A DNA stretch of 64,000 bases. Source: Lama glama. Lineage: Eukaryota. Below the pieces are notes generated by a model that was not told where the DNA came from, made no database searches, and saw only the letters and a program-made list of their open reading frames with translations. The DNA is taken from the NCBI GenBank assembly GCA_028534125.1, contig CM052818.1, positions 20,400,001-20,464,000 of the forward strand. The letters run 5' to 3'. Below are positions 1 to 13,800 of this stretch, one piece after another. How positions within the stretch are numbered: position 1 is the stretch's first letter; every line of letters begins with the position of its first letter. Position numbers and translations under genes: made by a program.

Positions 1-299
1 TCAGTCAGGCTGAGTTGGCTCTAAGCTGCGTCACCTCAGGTGTCCATTCTGACCTCCATGACTAGTTCTGGAACACCACTAGGATGAGACGAGGCATTCC
101 CAGACACTGTGGGAATCCAGGGGTTCCTCAGAGTACAATTTGAAAGTCCCCCATTTGGGTTCATGCTGCAATTTGGCCTCTCTCCACTGTAGGATCCCAA
201 TATGCTGGCAAACTCCACGTCAGCTTCAAAGAGCTCAGGGAGGACGCCAGAAAGGCTGAGTGTGAGCTTTTAGTAGTGCTCACCAGTGGTGGAATCAGG

Positions 300-470
300 C
301 CTCTGATACTTTTGAGCTGGAGGACCTTAGGCTAGTCTCATTTCAGAGCTTCAGTATTGTCGTTAGTGGAATGGGGTCCATATACATAGCTCATAGGATA
401 CTGGGAAGAATTAATGAGAGGTTTCCAGTGCCAAAAAGAGAACCTGGCACATGGCAGGTATTCATTAAAA
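300..470 (+). mobile_element. MIR SINE fragment
   Basis: Degenerate MIR core and 3' motifs (gaatgggg...ctcataggat...aagaattaatgag...cctggcacatggcagg). Confidence 0.5.
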
Positions 471-764
471 GTTACCCTCTAATCCCAAGGCCATGCTCCT
501 TAGCCTTTTCCACCACCCCAAAAGTCCTACTACTTACCTATCTCTGCCTAATGAAATCTTAGTCATCCTGAAAGGAGAAATGCCACGTCCTCCAGGAAGC
601 CTTCCCAGAGCACTCCAGCCAGGGCTGCTCTCTCCTTGCTCTGAAATCTCAGCATCCTAGCTAGCAGCACCAATGCTATAACAGTTACTGAGAAGTACTT
701 TATAAATTATAAATTTAATATAATTATATTATAAATTATGAATTATAAATATTGGCAACTGAGT

Positions 765-1050
765 ATTTTAAGCTTATTATGGAAAAAGTCAAATGTATAC
801 AAAAGTAGATCATGTACCCATTACCCAGCTCCAACAGTGATCAATATATGGCCAGTCTTGTTTCATCTCTACACCAGCCCCTCTCCTCTCCTTCCAGCTT
901 TTTTTTGTTCCAAAACAAATCTGGGACATCATATCATTTCATGTGTAAATAATTCAACTTGTCTCTCTAAAATATAAGGTTTTGTTTTAAAAACAACCAC
1001 GATACCACTATTGGTTATAAAATCTTAACTCTTTAAATATGACATGGTCC
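765..1050 (-). mobile_element. Ancient L1 (L1ME-like) 3' end fragment
   Basis: tttattatggaaaa...tatacaaaagtag...cccattacccagct...ggccagtcttgtttcatct resembles the antisense L1ME 3' UTR. Confidence 0.55.
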
Positions 1051-1268
1051 TAAGTATAAAGTCATCAGGAACTATAGTTTCTTCTTTCCATTGATTTCTC
1101 CCCCAAGCACCACTCAGTTACCCTTCTAGAAAAGTCTTCTGCAGTCAAATAAGGAAATAAAGCACATCAGCATTTTTTTATATAAAGTTGCTCATCTTCC
1201 GACCCATTCCCTCACCCTTTTCACCACCAAGAAGGCATAACTAGAGGTTCCCAGGAAAGAGGGTCTTA

Positions 1269-1473
<205 letters not shown>

Positions 1474-2217
1474 CATACCTTGAAAAGAACCTCTTTTGGG
1501 GGACCTACTCCAGCCTCAGGGACCTGGAGGTGGGAGGGGACATTGCAGAGTAGCTTCCGCTGGTGGACGGATTCAGGAGTCCAGAGAGCCTCACTGCTCA
1601 GCTCCAGGGAGCGAGCACCATGTGTTCGGAAGGCCTGGTTTCTGCACTTTTCTGCAACAGCTACACTCAGCATCCATCCCAACCCCATTCCTGCTCCAGG
1701 TGTGGCCACACCACTCCTTCCCACACCAGCTGCATGTTGCAAGGTCACAGGGTCAAAAGGCTCAAGGTTCACATCTTATTAAAACTTCTGAGCAGTGTGA
1801 CCTTGGATCACTCGTGTTCCTCACCCTGAGCCTCTGCCAGCATTGTCCTCTGTAAGTGGGAATAACAGTGTCGGCCCCAAGGGGCGTTGCCTGGAGTCCA
1901 TGGTGTGACCCCCTCAGCACCCAGCTGCCAGACGCAAGAAGTAGCTGCCTCATAAACCTGACGTTTCTTCCTTCTCCCTCTTACCGACACTAGGACAACC
2001 AAGAGTCTTTCCCCAAAGGTTAAAAGGAGAGGGAGATAAATACTGTGAAAGCACAGTTTTCAGAAGGCTTAAGACCTGCTACCATGGGTTTTAAGACCCC
2101 ACTGGAGACAAAAAAAAAAGCTTCCTCATTTCTTTCTTCCCTCCCCCTCAAAGATAGTCCCAAACCTAAGAACAACATGCAAAGGGACTAAGAAATGACA
2201 ACAAAAATAATGATGAT

Positions 2218-2589
2218 TGTTATGAACTGAATATTTTCCCCCACCACAAATTCATACATTAAAGCCCTAAGGCCCAGTGTGACAGTATTCAGAGGTGGAG
2301 CCTTTGGGAGGCCATTAGGTTTAGATGCAGACATGAGGGTGGGGCCCCCATGATGGGATTAGTGTGATTATAAGCAGAGGAAAAGACCTGCACTGGCTGG
2401 CTCTCTGCCATGGGAGGACACAGCAAGAGAGTGGCTGTCAACCAGCCAGGAAGAGTTCCCTCACCAGAACCCAACCATGCTGGCATCTTGATCTCAGCCT
2501 TCTAGCCTCCAGAACTGTGGGAAATAAATTTATGCTGTTCACGCCCCTCAGTCTTGGTATTTTGTGATGGCGGCCTGAGAAGATTAACA
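2218..2589 (+). mobile_element. MaLR solo LTR (MLT1A/MST-like)
   Basis: TG...CA ends. Diagnostic blocks: aaattcatacattaaagcccta, ggtggagcctttgggagg, gccctcatgatgggattagtg-like, gctggcatcttgatctcagccttctagcctccagaactgt, aataaattt polyA signal. Confidence 0.85.
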
Positions 2590-4599
2590 TGGTGATGATA
2601 ATGACTAATGTTGATTGAGGGCTTACACTGTGGCAGGTGCAATGCTAAATGCATTACATCGGTTAACTCGCTGAATACTCACAACAACCTTCCCTGAAGA
2701 GTACCTCTGGAGAGAGGTCAAGTTTCCACTGGCCACACCCTGCTCTCAGGGACAGCCACCTCTCCCTACAGCAAGTCCCCGAAGCTCTCACCTGAGTGGC
2801 TCTCATTAAAGAAAAGCTATGCTGTCGGTGGCTCCTTTGAAGGCAGAGGAGGCAGACTGTGGGTCTCCTGCCAGGCTCCTGACCCTCTCAGGCAGGTTGC
2901 CAACATGGCTCAACTGAAAATACACTGGGAAGGCTCCACACTCCCAAATTCACCCTGCACCAGCCAGTGCCAAACACCCCAGCGTAGCAGTGTCAGTCCT
3001 CAGGGGAAGAAGCTCTGCTCCTCTTGACCTCTTTGAAAATAAGGCTCCCTGCAATAGAGGTCATATATGTGAGTCAAATATCTGTTTACTCTAAGGGCAT
3101 CTTGTCAGTTCAGAGAGGGGAGGGGTGGAGAGAAAGTCAAACTGATGGAGAAAAAGGGCAAGGACAACTGGGAACAAACGCCCAGCATGTGATTTTTGAG
3201 GGAAGCAGCCTCCAAGCAAGTAAGGATGTTGACTGGTAGGCTGCCCCCGGTTCCCCCAGTCTGTATCCTCAGCACAGCTCCCCATGACCCAGATGGAGGT
3301 TTGCTCATGGGCCCCTTGTTTCCCAGCCCCCCACCTCCTTCAGTTTCCTTTATAACTGGTGCTTACTGTTTCTAAAAGTCCCTGACACTGACTACCTTCT
3401 GCGTATAGGAAGCCCATCACCTCCTACTTGGCTACAACAGAGGCTGAGACCCAGCCGAGCAAATTCTCATGGGAGGATCCCAGTCTGTTTTAACACAGAG
3501 ACATCTACACAGACGCACACACATGCATGATTATGACAATCATCACTCAATTGTGCAATTAGAGGTGATTTTAATTTCTGCTTCATACTTTTTACTATAT
3601 TTAGAATATTCAACTATTTTCATAAGCTGGAAAAAAGTGGTATTTTTAAAAAATAAATCTTTTTAGTAGCCCTTACTGACTACAAACCTGATTTACAAAA
3701 ATCCAAACCCCAAAACCCAGCCCTAGATGGCTCAGGCCAGAGGATGGGAACTCTCTTTGTAAATGTAGCCTCCAAATTCTTTCACAGAAGGAGTCACCAT
3801 GGAACATATGTCAACAGTAAGCCCAAATGCATTTAAGATGAAATTTGATTTACAAGTCCCTCAGATTTAATAGTCATTTTGATCCTGGAAAATTGTGTTT
3901 TCAGTTAAAACGAATCCAATCTAGTTTTCTCAAGGGAGTACTGCCATAATGGGGGTTATAGCGGTCCCTGAGGGCCTTATTTCTCAACTTTTTACAGAAA
4001 TGATCAGAGCATCCAAACTGAACATTCTAAACTGCATTTACACTGATTTAATAGATAAATGCAGCAACGCTTTAATTTAACTCCATTTACTTTTAAAGAC
4101 CTCTTACTGGGGTGCAGACACCTAAGAGAAGCTGCTTAAAGTCCGAAGAGGGTGCGAGTGGGGTGGGGTGATGGGAGGGTCTCAGGTGCAGGTTAGACAG
4201 AGAGGCAAGGATAACTCCTGCTAAGGCAGGGTCTATCTGATTGAATTTCCCCAAAGGGTTCCATTATTCCTGTCCCAGAGCATGTGCACACTGCCTTTTA
4301 AAAGTCAGATTCTATGTCAAATATGTGGGGAAACAAAAGGCTACAGGAGAGGAAGACCACAGGTAAACTTCATGCTCCAAGGAGGCCTGCACACAGAGCT
4401 GCAGGAGAAAGGGGGCGGGGCTCCTGGCTGGTGAAAACACCCCTATTCCACATTCCTCTGGAGCAGGGAGCTATGAGGTTCCTCAGCCCCAGAGAACCTC
4501 CTTGCTGGACCCAGAGTCACTGCTAGAAATGGATCCCTTCAGCATTCCCCACTGCTGTGAAGGGTCTCTATTAAAATACAGCCCCCATTAATGCATCGT

Positions 4600-4877
4600 G
4601 AGTGAGTGTGTGAGTGTGTGTGTGTGTTTAAGAAGAATGCATGGTGTAGGTGTAAAATAATAGATTTATAAATGTGTATATATATGTGTGTATAATATAT
4701 CAAATTATACATATTAAATATATCATGCATATTTTATATATATACTTATTTATAATATAGTATATTAATGTATGCATGTCATTAACAATATAATTAATAT
4801 AACTATAGTATATAACAGGTTATAACTATATGAATAATATATTATGTAATATGCAATATGATATACATATATATACT
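4600..4877. repeat. (TG)n followed by AT-rich (TA)-like low complexity
   Basis: Directly visible. Confidence 0.8.
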
Positions 4878-5290
4878 TTTGCTGAACCATTTGAAGTGAC
4901 ACTTCACCCCTAAGTATTTCAGCCTTTATCTCCTAAGAAAGACATTCTCCTACATAACTATAATATCAAAGTCAAGAAATTTAACAGTGATACAGCATTA
5001 TCCAATATACAGTCCATATTCAAAGCTCTCTGTCCCCCAAGTGGCCTTTATCATTGTTTTTTAAAAGTTTAATCCAGGAGCTAATGAGAGTTCATGCATG
5101 TCATTTGGTTGCCATGTTTCTTTAGCCTCTTAATCTAGAACAATTTTTGTGACTTTTTTTTCCTTTTCATGATACATTTATGGAAAATACAAGATGCTGT
5201 CTTATGGAATGTTCTATAATCTGCATTTGTTTATTCCCTTTTGATTAGTTTCCAATTCAATGACAAGAATACCACAGTGGTCTATGCATC
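4878..5290 (-). mobile_element. Ancient L1 (L1MC/L1ME-like) 3' UTR fragment
   Basis: tttgctgaaccatttgaa...cacttcacccctaagtatttcagc...aagacattctcctacataac...caagaaatttaaca. Confidence 0.6.
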
Positions 5291-7964
5291 AACAAACCCA
5301 AATATATTTACCAAGATCTTTATCTAGAAATAACTGTGTAAATGACATGAACATAAAATTTATAGGAGGAAAAAGATAAAATATTCACTTACTAGGAATT
5401 CTTAACATGTAAAGCAGAGCAGTCTTGACATACCACTGACATACTGTTTAATGCCTAATAAAGAAACAAATCTGTTTTAAAATGGCATTATCAGTGATCA
5501 GGAAGGCTGCTATGAAACTGATTTATTCATTGATTGCTAGAGGCAGTGTCACATTATATTTTCAGAAGCAATAATACAGTACATAGCAAACATCACAAAG
5601 AGATTCATATCCTTTGATTAGGTTATTCCTTGGGAATTAACTCTAAGTCAATAATTAAACAGAAACTAAAAGCTATACACTTAAAACTTATAGATGTTCC
5701 CCACTGCATGTCCATATTGGCCATTAAACAGAAATAACTTGATTGCCTAACATTAGGAGAATGATCTAATCAATTGTATTACATCTACAGTAAGTTAAAA
5801 AAAAGTGAGGCAAGACTAGGGAGGAATATGGGGAAATGTGATATACTGTGAAAACAGAAGGCAGAGTAACAACTCTACGTAAAACACATTTGTAGATTGA
5901 AGGTAACAAAAATAAGAATGATTATGCTACACTAGGATGGTGGTTTTATCTATTTTAATATTGGAAAAAATGTTCTCTAATGCTCTTTAATGACTTTTAA
6001 AAGCAGTTCATTCTACCTAAAGTATTAGGTACCGGAAAGTCTCTTGTGCCACAGGAGTGAGGTGGGGGGAGGGGCTACATGGCATGAATGAGGAGGAAAG
6101 GGCAGCAGATGTTGGCATGGGGAACAGGAGAGAGAAGATACACTTCATCAGCTTCCCAACTACCTGTGGTTCTGACGTAAGTGAAGAGTTATCCCACCTA
6201 CTCCTACACCTGTGACTTACCCTGAAGGATGCTCTTTACTATCACTGGATGCACTCAGCCACTCAGCCATGCCCACCCAGTGTGACCCTTCACTTGCTGC
6301 AGCCCATGAAGCAAAATCAGCACTGGCTTTCCTTCCAGAGGGCCCTTCCAGCCACACACAGACCCTTTGTTCTATGGCTGCATCTGCCACACAGTAAAAG
6401 GGGTGACCCTGAGTCAGGGAGAGACCAACACAAAGTTGGATAACTCCTGTGAGACTTTCTGTGGAAATGAAGATCTTGGCTGGTCAGATATTAAGATAAG
6501 AATTCACAAAGGCATACAACTAACAGGGCACACAGGCACACAGGGGGCACCCTATGAAGCAGCTAGGAGATCCTGAGTAACCCCAACCTCCATCAACATT
6601 CCGGAAATGTTTTCTGCTTGGTTCGAATTGCTTGTAAGCTCAAACTCCTAGGAGCTTCTACACCAATGAGTATATTACAGCCCTAGGGCACAGGAGAATC
6701 TATGGCAGGTTGCAGGTAGGTGGCAGGAGAAGTAAGAAGAACCCACATCTCACGGTCACTGCTCTGTTGATCAACCTCACCTGGCCCCTTTTCCTGGGCT
6801 GAGACTTTTTAGTCCAGACAAAAGAGGGACACTCAGACACAGGGAGAGGCCCGGCACCAAACCCTATGCCACCTTTTCTGACCAGTCTGATTATTGGTCT
6901 CACTGTTTCACGGTCTCACCTCCCTCACCTTGTCTCATCTCCTCCTGCACAAAAAGGGGTCTGAGCTGACAGGATTGAACAGTGTCCCCCTGCCCTCCCA
7001 CCAAGGTCATGGACACCCTTAATGTCAGTGCTCTCAGAATGCCTCTCAGTTAAAGAATATCGAGCTGGGAATTTCTAATATTTTCACACTTATGAATTCC
7101 CAGATGCCAGCATTTCCTTTCAGAGTATGTGTAGCAGACTGCCAAACCCAAGGGTCAACCTTGCCCAAGGTCTTTGACCTGGGAACCTGGACTAGAAGGA
7201 TCAATATGCATGACAGGCCACCTCTGGGCACCACTGTCAGTCCTCACTGCAGGACAGTCACCTACTCGTGATGTCCAGGGGGTCCTTCCCACAAGCAGGG
7301 ATGCCATGGGTGGTCTTATTTTTTCTGACCTCCCTCTTTCGACCTTCTCTTTTCACCTGAACTAAGTGCTGGGAGAACTGGACAAATTCTGCCTTTGCCT
7401 CAAACCTGATTTATGTCCTAGTCATTTAATCTCTTTGGGCCTTGGTTTGCTTATCCACCAAGAGGAAGTAGTGCCACGGCTCTGCCTGGACCCCAAGCCA
7501 GTGCGTTCACTCCCCCAGGTGCCAAAGCGACATCTCCTGACTGAGGGAGACAGAAACAGCTGCATATCCCACCCCACAAAACCTATCCCCTGCTGGGGTC
7601 CAGCTGCCTCCACCAGGTCCACACCTGCCACTGTGAGTGAAAGAGTCGACTCTGTCCTCTCCCTCTACTGCCGCCCTGCCTGGCAGAGGCTCCGGAGAAG
7701 CAGACCCTATCTTCGGGCTTAGAAAGCTCTCGGAAAGACTGGGCTGGGCAAGAAGCATGGACGCAGCTCTGTGAGAAATAACATGGCTAGTTTGAGAAAA
7801 GGCTGGGAGCCTCCTCAGAAGGCTTTTCTTGGAACCCAAGCCAGGAGTGAATCCAGTCCTCCAGGCAAGGGATTTCACAACACAAACAAAATAATTTCAA
7901 CAGCCCGGTATTTTCGTCTAAATAACTGTCAAACTTTGGCTAATTCAGAAGCTGAAAAATAACA

Positions 7965-8310
7965 GCTACCATTTGTGGGGCCCCTGCCATGTGCTGAGCC
8001 CCATTTTAAGCATCTTACATCCATGACGTACTGTTACCTACACATAAGGTCCTGTTCCATATCCACGAGGTATTAGTACATATCAATGAGGTTTAATCAC
8101 ATGTCCATGAGGTACTATTACATATCTATGATGGACTATTACAAATACACAAGGTACTATTACATATACACAAGATACGTCAGCAACTTACACACCTTAC
8201 ACATATCAGGAGGTGGCATCATTCTCGACTTACAGATGAAGAAACCAAAGGCCCAAGAGGTTAGGTAACTAATTTGTTGAAGGTCACACAGTGAACAGTG
8301 AATGTCAGTT
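7965..8310 (-). mobile_element. MIR SINE interrupted by a minisatellite
   Basis: Left: gctaccattt...tgccatgtgctgagc. Right: MIR core ttacagatgaagaaaccaaaggccc...ggttaggtaact...aaggtcacacag. Confidence 0.65.
8016..8181. repeat. Degenerate 21-bp minisatellite, about 8 copies (consensus ~TACATATCCATGAGGTACTAT)
   Basis: Units start at 8016 (19 bp), 8035, 8056, 8077, 8098, 8119, 8140 and 8161, with strict 21-bp periodicity after the first. Confidence 0.85.
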
Positions 8311-11300
8311 CCAGAATGCCCACCCTTACCCATCCATCCACATCTCCCAAGGATGTTAGAGTAGTCTGGGCCCCACGATACCCAGCTGAGTGTATGGAAG
8401 TCTCTTGCCAGCTGCTGCCCACCCACCTCTCCACGCATCTGGCCCTGCTCTCATCTAGAGACTCAGAAAAGAAAGTGAAAGGGGACTGATTAATTCATAA
8501 TGCACCCGCATCATGGAATTTAACACAGTGGTTTAAAAAAGCAGATATGCTAAGCCCACCAAGAACAAGTAGAAAAAGAAAACTAAGAAACATGTGTATA
8601 GTATTTGCATAAAATGAGAAAGAGTAAAGGATAAGTATACTCAAAATACAAGCAGAAATACACACAGAGACTTCCCGAAGGGTAAAATCTGTTCATCCTA
8701 AAAATGTTTATTACGTGGATACTGGATGCCAGGCACTGTTCTAGACCCAGACTCTGGGCCACAATGGATGGACCATAGCCATTCTCTAGTTCTCAGATAT
8801 TCTGGATTTGGTCCTTAATAGATAGGTCTCCACTAACAAAGCAAGGAATTACCATGATACTAAAGACAACAGTGGTTATGACTGAGGGGTACTCCTGACA
8901 GAGACTGGATGGAACTTTTCCTACTCAGTCTCTGAGGAGTTCACTTAATTTTCCTTCTCAGTAAATCTCTAGTTTGACTGTAGGGACTCACTGTGAAAAA
9001 TGCAAGATCAACGGAAACAAAACACAACCAAAAAAACCCCAAAAAACAAAAAACAAAAAACTAGGTACTGAAAATCAAAGGAGCAGTGCTTTTTCATTTG
9101 TTTTCCATGAGGAAAATAGATTATAATATTTTCAAGTGAAATAAATGCTACATGACAGTGAGTTTAACTATTAAGTAAATATTTATGTGATGCCAAAGAG
9201 TATGTTCTACATGCTGTACTGACACAATACGTTAAAGCAGATTTCTGCTCAAAACAGGAAGGAGGAAACAGCAATTAATTCCCTGGAAGAGATTAGGCTA
9301 CATTATCTCTGTCTTCCCAGAGACCCACACAACGTGAATCAGAAATGGCTGAGGGGAGAGGCCTGGAATTGTCTGCATGTTTGATTCTGTGTGTAACCTA
9401 ATCAGAAGAGAGCTAGTGGCATTTCAAGATTAGCATCTCAAGCTTAAGATAAATCATTTTATTCTTTCTCATCTTTGCTTTCTGAATGATCTGTTCTGTG
9501 TTCATGGCAGGGCATATGCTCTGTGTACTTATTAAATCTTAAGCTAGATTGTCCTTTGTAGGGGGTAAAAAAAACCAACCATGGAAAACTTGGACCCTTG
9601 ACAGGGGAGGGAGAGCAGCACTAGTGTAAACTGAATGAAAACACAGTGATGGCAGGACAGCGGGATGGTCACTGAGGGAGAGGGCCCGAGGGAGAATAGG
9701 GGAGGGCAGCCCTCCAATCCCACCACCCAGGCTCTGATACAAAGCACATGGGAACATGGGGAACCACCGAACAACAGTGATTATATTGAAGCAGGAAGTC
9801 TCCCTGCCTCTTGCCTGTCTATACATTCATTCATTCCCTTCCTCCTCCATCCATTCAAAATTACATACTGGAGTCACACTGGACCTACTGCACACTTCTG
9901 GTAGTCACTACTTGCCAGGAGAAAAACCACAGAGCAAAAACTCTCCAGGCAGATCTGCTGGAAGCTCTAAGAGCCTTCTCATCCCGGGAAATCAGCCAAG
10001 TAGGGCATTAGCCAAGGGTGGGGCCAGAGTTGTCACCGGTGCTAGTGATGGTCCTATGATTCACATCACAGGAGATCGAGCTGTTGCTGAATTCCTGGTC
10101 ACCTAAGCCCAGTGGAGCTCATGTCCATTAGGTCACATTCATGGTTTGTGTTTCTAAAATGCCCTATTAAAAAAAATGCCTGTGGGAGACCAGTGGGAGA
10201 GCAGTGGTAGACGTCTCGCAGGGCATCTGTCCATTCCCTGGTACTGCCTGGTGATCTTGGGGAGGGGGTAGTATCAAGGCCAAATGAAGGTTGGCATCTC
10301 CCAGCTTCAAATATATAACAAGCCTTTGAATGGCACAGGCACCCCAGCCAAAAAGGTTATGGGATTATTTAGTAAAAACCCATCACCATCCAGTGCTGTT
10401 GATATCAGCCATTCCACATCAACCAGTCAGTGGCAGGCAGGACTCAGAAAAGCTCAAGCAGAGTGAGCTAAAAATCACACCTTCTAAAGCCCAAGTGGCC
10501 CTTGCTCACCCTGGGCTCCATGGAACTTCTCAAAATTAAGTGCCTGCACAGTTTCCCAGGATACCACAGTGAGCTCACTTGCTGTTTTCCCTAAGCACCT
10601 CTGTTTGCTAAGGAAGTTTTAATCTTGTCTAATATTGTAATAATTAAATATTTTAAAATTAAAACTCTAAAGTTTTAATTAAACTAAAGTTTTAAATTTT
10701 AATACTTTATTTTAAAGTTAAAATTAAAAAACAAAACACATACACAGCCTTTCCCAGAGAGATCTGGGGTCCTGAGCAAGGTTGCCAGGAAGTTGGCCAG
10801 GTGGGTATTTCTTATCAGACTACCTGGGAAAGAAGAATGGTTTCAGGGAGTCAGAAGATAAAAACAAGAAACTAATAGGCAATGAAAGACTCATGAGACA
10901 AAGGAGATGATGGAAAAAGAAGATAAAGAAGAAAAGATGATGAAGTCACAAAGTCCAGGCTGGTAACAGGCCAAGTGAACCCCACACCTTCTCAGAGAGC
11001 AGATGGGTATGTCTTAAGTTACACAATCTTTTCTCCCCATCTCCTGGTCCATACTGACCAAGAAGAGAGCTCATCTTCCTTCTACCTCCCCTGGTAGTAA
11101 CCCAGGCCCAGCCCATTTCCAGGGCAGGGTGTTGAGGGGCTGGATCTTCCTTAGGAACAAGCCCCAGATCCTTCTACAGCCACCAAGGCCATAGTGCTTG
11201 AGGAACTCAGATCTTTTTCCATGACTCCAGAAACATGCTTCAACTTTTTCTGACAAATTTTATGTTCCACTGAGACTGTGACCAACTGTGTGTGTGTGGA

Positions 11301-11396
11301 GAGAGGGATAAGGAGATCAAAAACAATGCTTTTAATACCAGAAAGCAAAGCATCCCATAGTCCAACCCATGCTCCTCCAAGGCTCACAGGCTCTGA

Positions 11397-11398
<2 letters not shown>

Positions 11399-11430
<32 letters not shown>
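11399..11430. repeat. (AC)16 microsatellite
   Basis: Directly visible. Confidence 0.95.
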
Positions 11431-11438
<8 letters not shown>

Positions 11439-12430
11439 ATGCACATACAGTGTGTCTCACCCTGTGTTGTTGGCACCTCTTTCCAGCCTGGGGACACTGC
11501 AATCCAGAAAAACTAATGAATTCCCAGTATTGCTTCCTACAGCCTCAGAAATTCCTATCTTGCCATGAGCTGTCTTCCAACGTGATATGAGAATGTCGGG
11601 GAAAGAACAGTCACTGTGTGAGGAGAGAACTACTTCTCATAGCTCTGCATAACAACAGAGACAACTACTATATTATGGGTCTCGTATCTACAAACTCCCA
11701 TACAAAGAAAACAAAAACCATCAAGAACAAAAGATGGGGGTGGGGAGTGGAAATTTTTTTTTAATTTATTGAACCTAAGAAAATAATCTGAAGCCACAGA
11801 TGCTTAAGGGAAATCCAGTTAGCTTAGGTCTTAGGGCAAATGAAATACAAGTGGAGATCAAATTCCCCCAATGAGTACATTATCTTTGTCTAGAGGGAAA
11901 ATGCTACCATCCACAGGCCCTGTCTTGAATCTCAACACACTTCTTACAGATACACATTCTTGGTTACCAGGACCCTGGGGAAGATGTAGATATGGCCAAA
12001 TAGTACCCAACTTCTCTCCTGAAAACTCAACTCCCACCCTATATCTCACTACCTCAGGGCAGCCCAAGAGATGTGTCTTTACTTACAAGAGATGGTACTT
12101 TCCTCACTTGAAAATCTGGGCCCTGAATACAGGCAGTCTCCGGCCTGCCCTTGCAGCAGGTCTTGGCTTACGCATTAACTGGGACTAGACAACTAAGGTT
12201 AAGCTGACGTTAAGGTCTACCATCCAGTCTCAAGAGTCTCCAGAATCCCCAGTGATGGATTAGCACTGCCTCTGGCCTCATCTCTGCCTCATCCCTGAAG
12301 TGCCAGTGAATCTGGCTATCCCTAACAGGTTGGGAGATGCTGAAGAGGAGAGAACAGAAATCCATCCAGAGGAAAGGCTTAGGAAAAAAACTTCATTTTC
12401 TGGGAGAGAAAAAAAGGGCCAAATGAGAAA

Positions 12431-12974
12431 TATGGTAGCCAATCTGCCAGGTGATCCCCAGGGATCTCTACCTCCTGGTGTTCCCACCTGTGTGCAGGTT
12501 CCTCCCACAATGACTAGGGATGACCTGCTGACTTGTGTAACCAGACTTTGCAGAAATGACAGAATGTGGCTTCTGAGGCTAGATCATAAAAGATATTGCA
12601 GCTTCCACCTTGCTCTCTCTCGGATCTCCCTTGGAAAGCCAGCTGCTATGCCAAGAGGACATGCAAGCAGCCCGATGGAGAGGTCCATTTGGTGGGAAAC
12701 TGAGATCTCCTGCCAGTCAACAAGGACTCATAAGCCGTAAGTGTAGGCCATCTTGGGATCGGGTCCTCCAGCTCCTGTTGAGCCTTGGGTCGACCACAAC
12801 CCTTGCCAATGTCTTGACTGCAATCTCACGAGAGATCACAGGCCAGAACCATCCTGCTTAAGCTGCTTCTGAATTCCTTACCCACAGAAACCTTATGAGA
12901 TAATACATATTTATTACTGTCTTAAGTGGCTAAATTTGGGATAACTTGTTACTTAGCAATAGGTATCTAATTCA
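12431..12974 (+). mobile_element. MaLR solo LTR (MLT1E/F-like)
   Basis: tggtagcc...ctacctcctggtgttc...gcttctgaggctagatcataaaaga...gaaagccagctgctatg...aattccttacccacagaaac...taaatttgggataacttgttacttagcaatag...ctaattca. Confidence 0.8.
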
Positions 12975-13569
12975 GGAGGGAATAGATAAACCAAGCAGGA
13001 GAGACTCAGGGTAAACACTGGAAGGAAAATATTGTAACTGTGAGAACTGTTCATTCACTCAACCAATATTGACTGAGTGCCTCCGGGGTGCTAGGTACCT
13101 ACCCGGCCTTTCGGTTACACATTCATCCTGCCTATGGAGAGAGACAAAGGGAAAGAAACAGTGGTAGGACAGACAGTATTAGAAACACTATCACATGGAT
13201 CCCAGTGTCTATGTAAAAGTGAATTGGGCCAACCTGGCTCCTGAGAGCTGGGAATTCAGAGATACTGGTGTCCTAAAAACCAAATCATCCCCGTTACTTC
13301 CAGCTCCACTATGTCAGCTTATCCTTTAAGCTCAAGGCTTTAAACCTTGTTAAAACACAAATCCCCTGGGAGGGCCATTATGAGTTAAGTACGGATGAAT
13401 GTCATATCTTTTTGGAGGAGCTGTACTGAGAAGGTAGAAAAATTATGTAGAACCTGCAAGGGAGAGTGCTGTTTGGAGATAAATTTTGGAAATTTTACAG
13501 TCAAAGGCTGATGGGTGCTTAACATATCTGAAGCAAAAGACAAAATCCATTTTTAAACAATCTAATAAT

Positions 13570-13800
13570 AGAAATAATAGGTACCATTTACCATATAGTG
13601 TGTGATTAAAACGTATTTTCTCTACTTCTTGAAAGGCTCCCACAAGATTGGTATTATTATCTCCACTATACAAATGAGAAAACTGGGCTAAGAAATTCTA
13701 GGTGATTCACCCAAGGGTGCATAGTTATTAAGTGGTGGAGCCTGATTTTGTACCAAAGACTGTTTAGTTTCAAAGTTCATGGTGTGCCCACCATGCTACA
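13570..13800 (-). mobile_element. MIR SINE
   Basis: attattatctccactatacaaatgagaaaactgggct...ggtgattcacccaagg...ttaagtggtggagc core. Confidence 0.65.

Noticed and set aside
8016..8181. CRISPR-like periodic array
   Set aside because: Head-to-tail units without unique spacers, mammalian context, no cas genes.
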